This document shows positions 61,406 through 64,000 of a stretch of 64,000 bases of DNA, piece by piece. The notes below the pieces were generated by a model. That model was not told the DNA's origin. It did not search any database and was given only the letters and a program-made list of their open reading frames with translations. Position 1 is the first letter of the stretch, and each line of letters opens with the position of its first letter. Source of the stretch: Malacoraja senta (Eukaryota); NCBI GenBank assembly GCA_038087875.1, contig CM075990.1, positions 10,788,001 through 10,852,000 on the forward strand. The letters run 5' to 3'. The position numbers were made by a program, and so were the translations under genes.

Positions 61406-64000
61406 AGGATATCAAGGAAATTCCTTTTGGAGTAAATACCACACTGGAGGAATGCTGTGAGCAGCAAAGCAATGTACGAGCTTCATATTTTCCATTCAAT
61501 TAGAGACTTGCTAAAAATTACCACGGCATTGGACACCTAAAGATACACTATTGCTCTTTTGTGACTTTTGCTCTTAACATTGTTCAGTTTCAGATGCTGA
61601 ACCTGAACAATGTTAAGAGCAAAAGTCACAAAAACAAAAAGGTTGCTTTTCTTGATTGCAGAGATGATCAGAATACACAATTTGATAATTAAAATCACCA
61701 AATCTAACTTGCCAGCTATCAGCAATGTAACAGAAATATCCCCTTGGTTATTTGAGCTATTCTGCTAATCATTTCTCATGTGCACAGGAACTGTATCCAA
61801 GTATTTATATGCCTATTCAAATTCTTTTGTTAAATCAGGGAAGATTGAAATTACAACAAACGTTAAAAATGAAATTCAGATTAACTAGAAAATTCAAAGA
61901 ACCAATGTGGTGCAGCAACATCTTTTGCCTCTAGCAGTACATCACCTTGGAATATTGATTATGTTCATTAAAATGAAAATTATGCTTGGAACCACTGTCA
62001 AAAACGTTGAGTAAATGTTCAAAGACCATCTCATAATACAGTTCTCGCACCCAGATTCAACCGAAAACAGATGAATTAACTCATGCCACTGTCATCGGCT
62101 CGTTTTCACAAAGAAAAATCATTGCAAGAAGCACTTAGATATTGACATATATTGGCATAAGGTATTCAAAGTGCATGGATCTTTTTCAACTTCCATGTCA
62201 CTGATCGGCTAAACTCTGCCCAAGTATAAAGCAAATACAGGAAACAAAAAATACATTAATCAATAGAAATAACATTTATATTACAATAATTTACATATAT
62301 ACAACACCCATAATATTAAAACATCAACACATTTTGCAGAAACGATCCAAAACAAACCAACTTCACAATTAAATTAAGTTGAACCGATGACCAAAAGGAT
62401 TGAGGCCCAGAAAGGCAATTCAAAAGCCTCAAACTTGGGTGACTGAAGGCACAGCTGGCAGTAATACGGTCATAAAATTCTGGTTGAACAAGAGGCCAGA
62501 AAAGGATGAGTGACTTGGTCATGGAGGCTACAAAAAAAAAGTTGGGGGGGGGGGGGGAAGGACATAGAGGTGAGGACATGGTGGTGTCTAGAAACAAGAA
62601 TGAGAATATTAAATTCTAAATATTGTAGGACCGGAAACCAATGAAGGCCTGGAATTCACTTGATGGGTGATTAAAGTGCAGGGATCTGAATTTTGTATGA
62701 ACTCAATTCACGGAAGATGAAAGATTCTCTTGCTGTCCATTGAAAAGGAACAATGAAAATTATTTGCTAAGCATTACTGTAGATTGCAAAGAGCGTGTCA
62801 TATTATCAAGACAAAAAAAAGTTGTGAAGCAATGTCAGTTAACCAGTGAACAAAGATAATATTGCAAAAAGCAGCAAAACTTTCAGGGATATTATAACTT
62901 GGGCATGTAGAGACATTTGTTTTCTTAAACTAATTCCTTTTTTATTTGTGTCTGGCATGATACAAAAGCCAACAATGAATGAACTGAAAGATGTGCAATC
63001 ACTAAAACTTGGCATTGCGAATACTCTTTCAGAGACAAACTAGTTCCACTTGCTCTAGCAATGACTGCTTTCCTTGCACATACCATAAACTATAATTAAC
63101 AACTCACAAATTGACACGTATACTCTGTGAAATAACACTTCTTAAAAGATATGTTTCGAATGGAGAAATCAATGCCACCATGAACAGGGACCCAATTTGC
63201 ATCTAGAATACCAATGGCATCCTAAAAGAAATTCAGCACCTAAAGTTAACAATTGGTATACAATTTCCCAATGTTGAAAGGAAAAGGACAAGCTGAAAGG
63301 AATAAATAGTGTTATGTTGCATTTTTACGACTTTCAAAAATACTTCATATGAAAGCCAAAACATAACGTTAATAATAACTACATAATCAATAATTGAAGT
63401 TTTTAGTCAAAAATCATTTTTATTTCTTAATTTTTTAATTAATTCATCTTTTCTCAAAGGATGAACATCTCAAGTAATAGACTTAAACTTTTCAAATCTT
63501 ACTTTATTTGAAGATTGGTTCCTGCTGAGTTCAGCAAACATTTTGTTACGGGACGTTCATATATTTTCCTGCAGCCTTTAGATTTAAATTGCGAAATATA
63601 CTTTTTAACCAAATCTCAAGATTTTAAAAAAAAGTTACATCTCAACCAAATTGCTTCAAACAAACGGGAGGAAAAAAATCACATTTTGCTCACTCAGCAA
63701 ATGCTTATTTTTCTTTCATTTAATTTTTTTTAATTAAAAAAATATATATAAATATGCACACTTGCATTCAGATACTGATTAATTCCAAGATCACCTCAGA
63801 TTTTTTTTCAAAATGATGAAATACTGGAAATTAATGTCCATTTTTTACTTCCATTTAATGACAATCAAACAAGAACTGTGGTCTCATTACCATTTCATTT
63901 GCTTCCTCGTGCTATTTAGCTATATTTCAAGCCCATAATATGCATTTTGATATTCATTTTCTTTTAGCTACTTATAAAGCACTTTTGTATTTTATACAAC

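Noticed and set aside
57652-64000. Upstream GBF1 exon (..FLEVIRSEDTTGPITG..) or promoter
   Set aside because: Not found by eye; the region looks intronic and the exon probably lies beyond the window
1-64000. CRISPR arrays, rRNA, true tRNA, snoRNA or prokaryotic systems
   Set aside because: Eukaryotic intron/exon DNA; tRNA-like boxes belong to SINE heads and I saw no convincing C/D or H/ACA architecture (Infernal not run)

Overview
Vertebrate genomic DNA, most likely a cartilaginous fish (skate or ray), judged from HE1-type SINEs, CR1 LINEs with (TTTCTATG)n tails and abundant Penelope-like elements (PLEs). The whole window lies inside GBF1 (Golgi brefeldin A-resistance ARF-GEF) on the minus strand. 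I mapped 27 coding exons by hand between 57651 and 3520. All have GT-AG boundaries and consistent phases, totalling 3809 nt (~1270 aa) across the DCB, HUS, Sec7 and HDS regions. The first and last exons lie outside the window. Introns hold CR1, Rex1-like, PLE, Tc1, Harbinger-type and hAT-type elements. Main leads: (1) frame-preserving candidate microexons, especially a 36-nt one and a similar 21-nt one in the same intron; (2) minimal hammerhead ribozyme motifs in PLE termini, one with an intact core in the sense orientation of the pre-mRNA; (3) a 2.1-kb hAT-type element built from nested hairpins; (4) unusual insertion junctions. Most short ORFs in the track are spurious.
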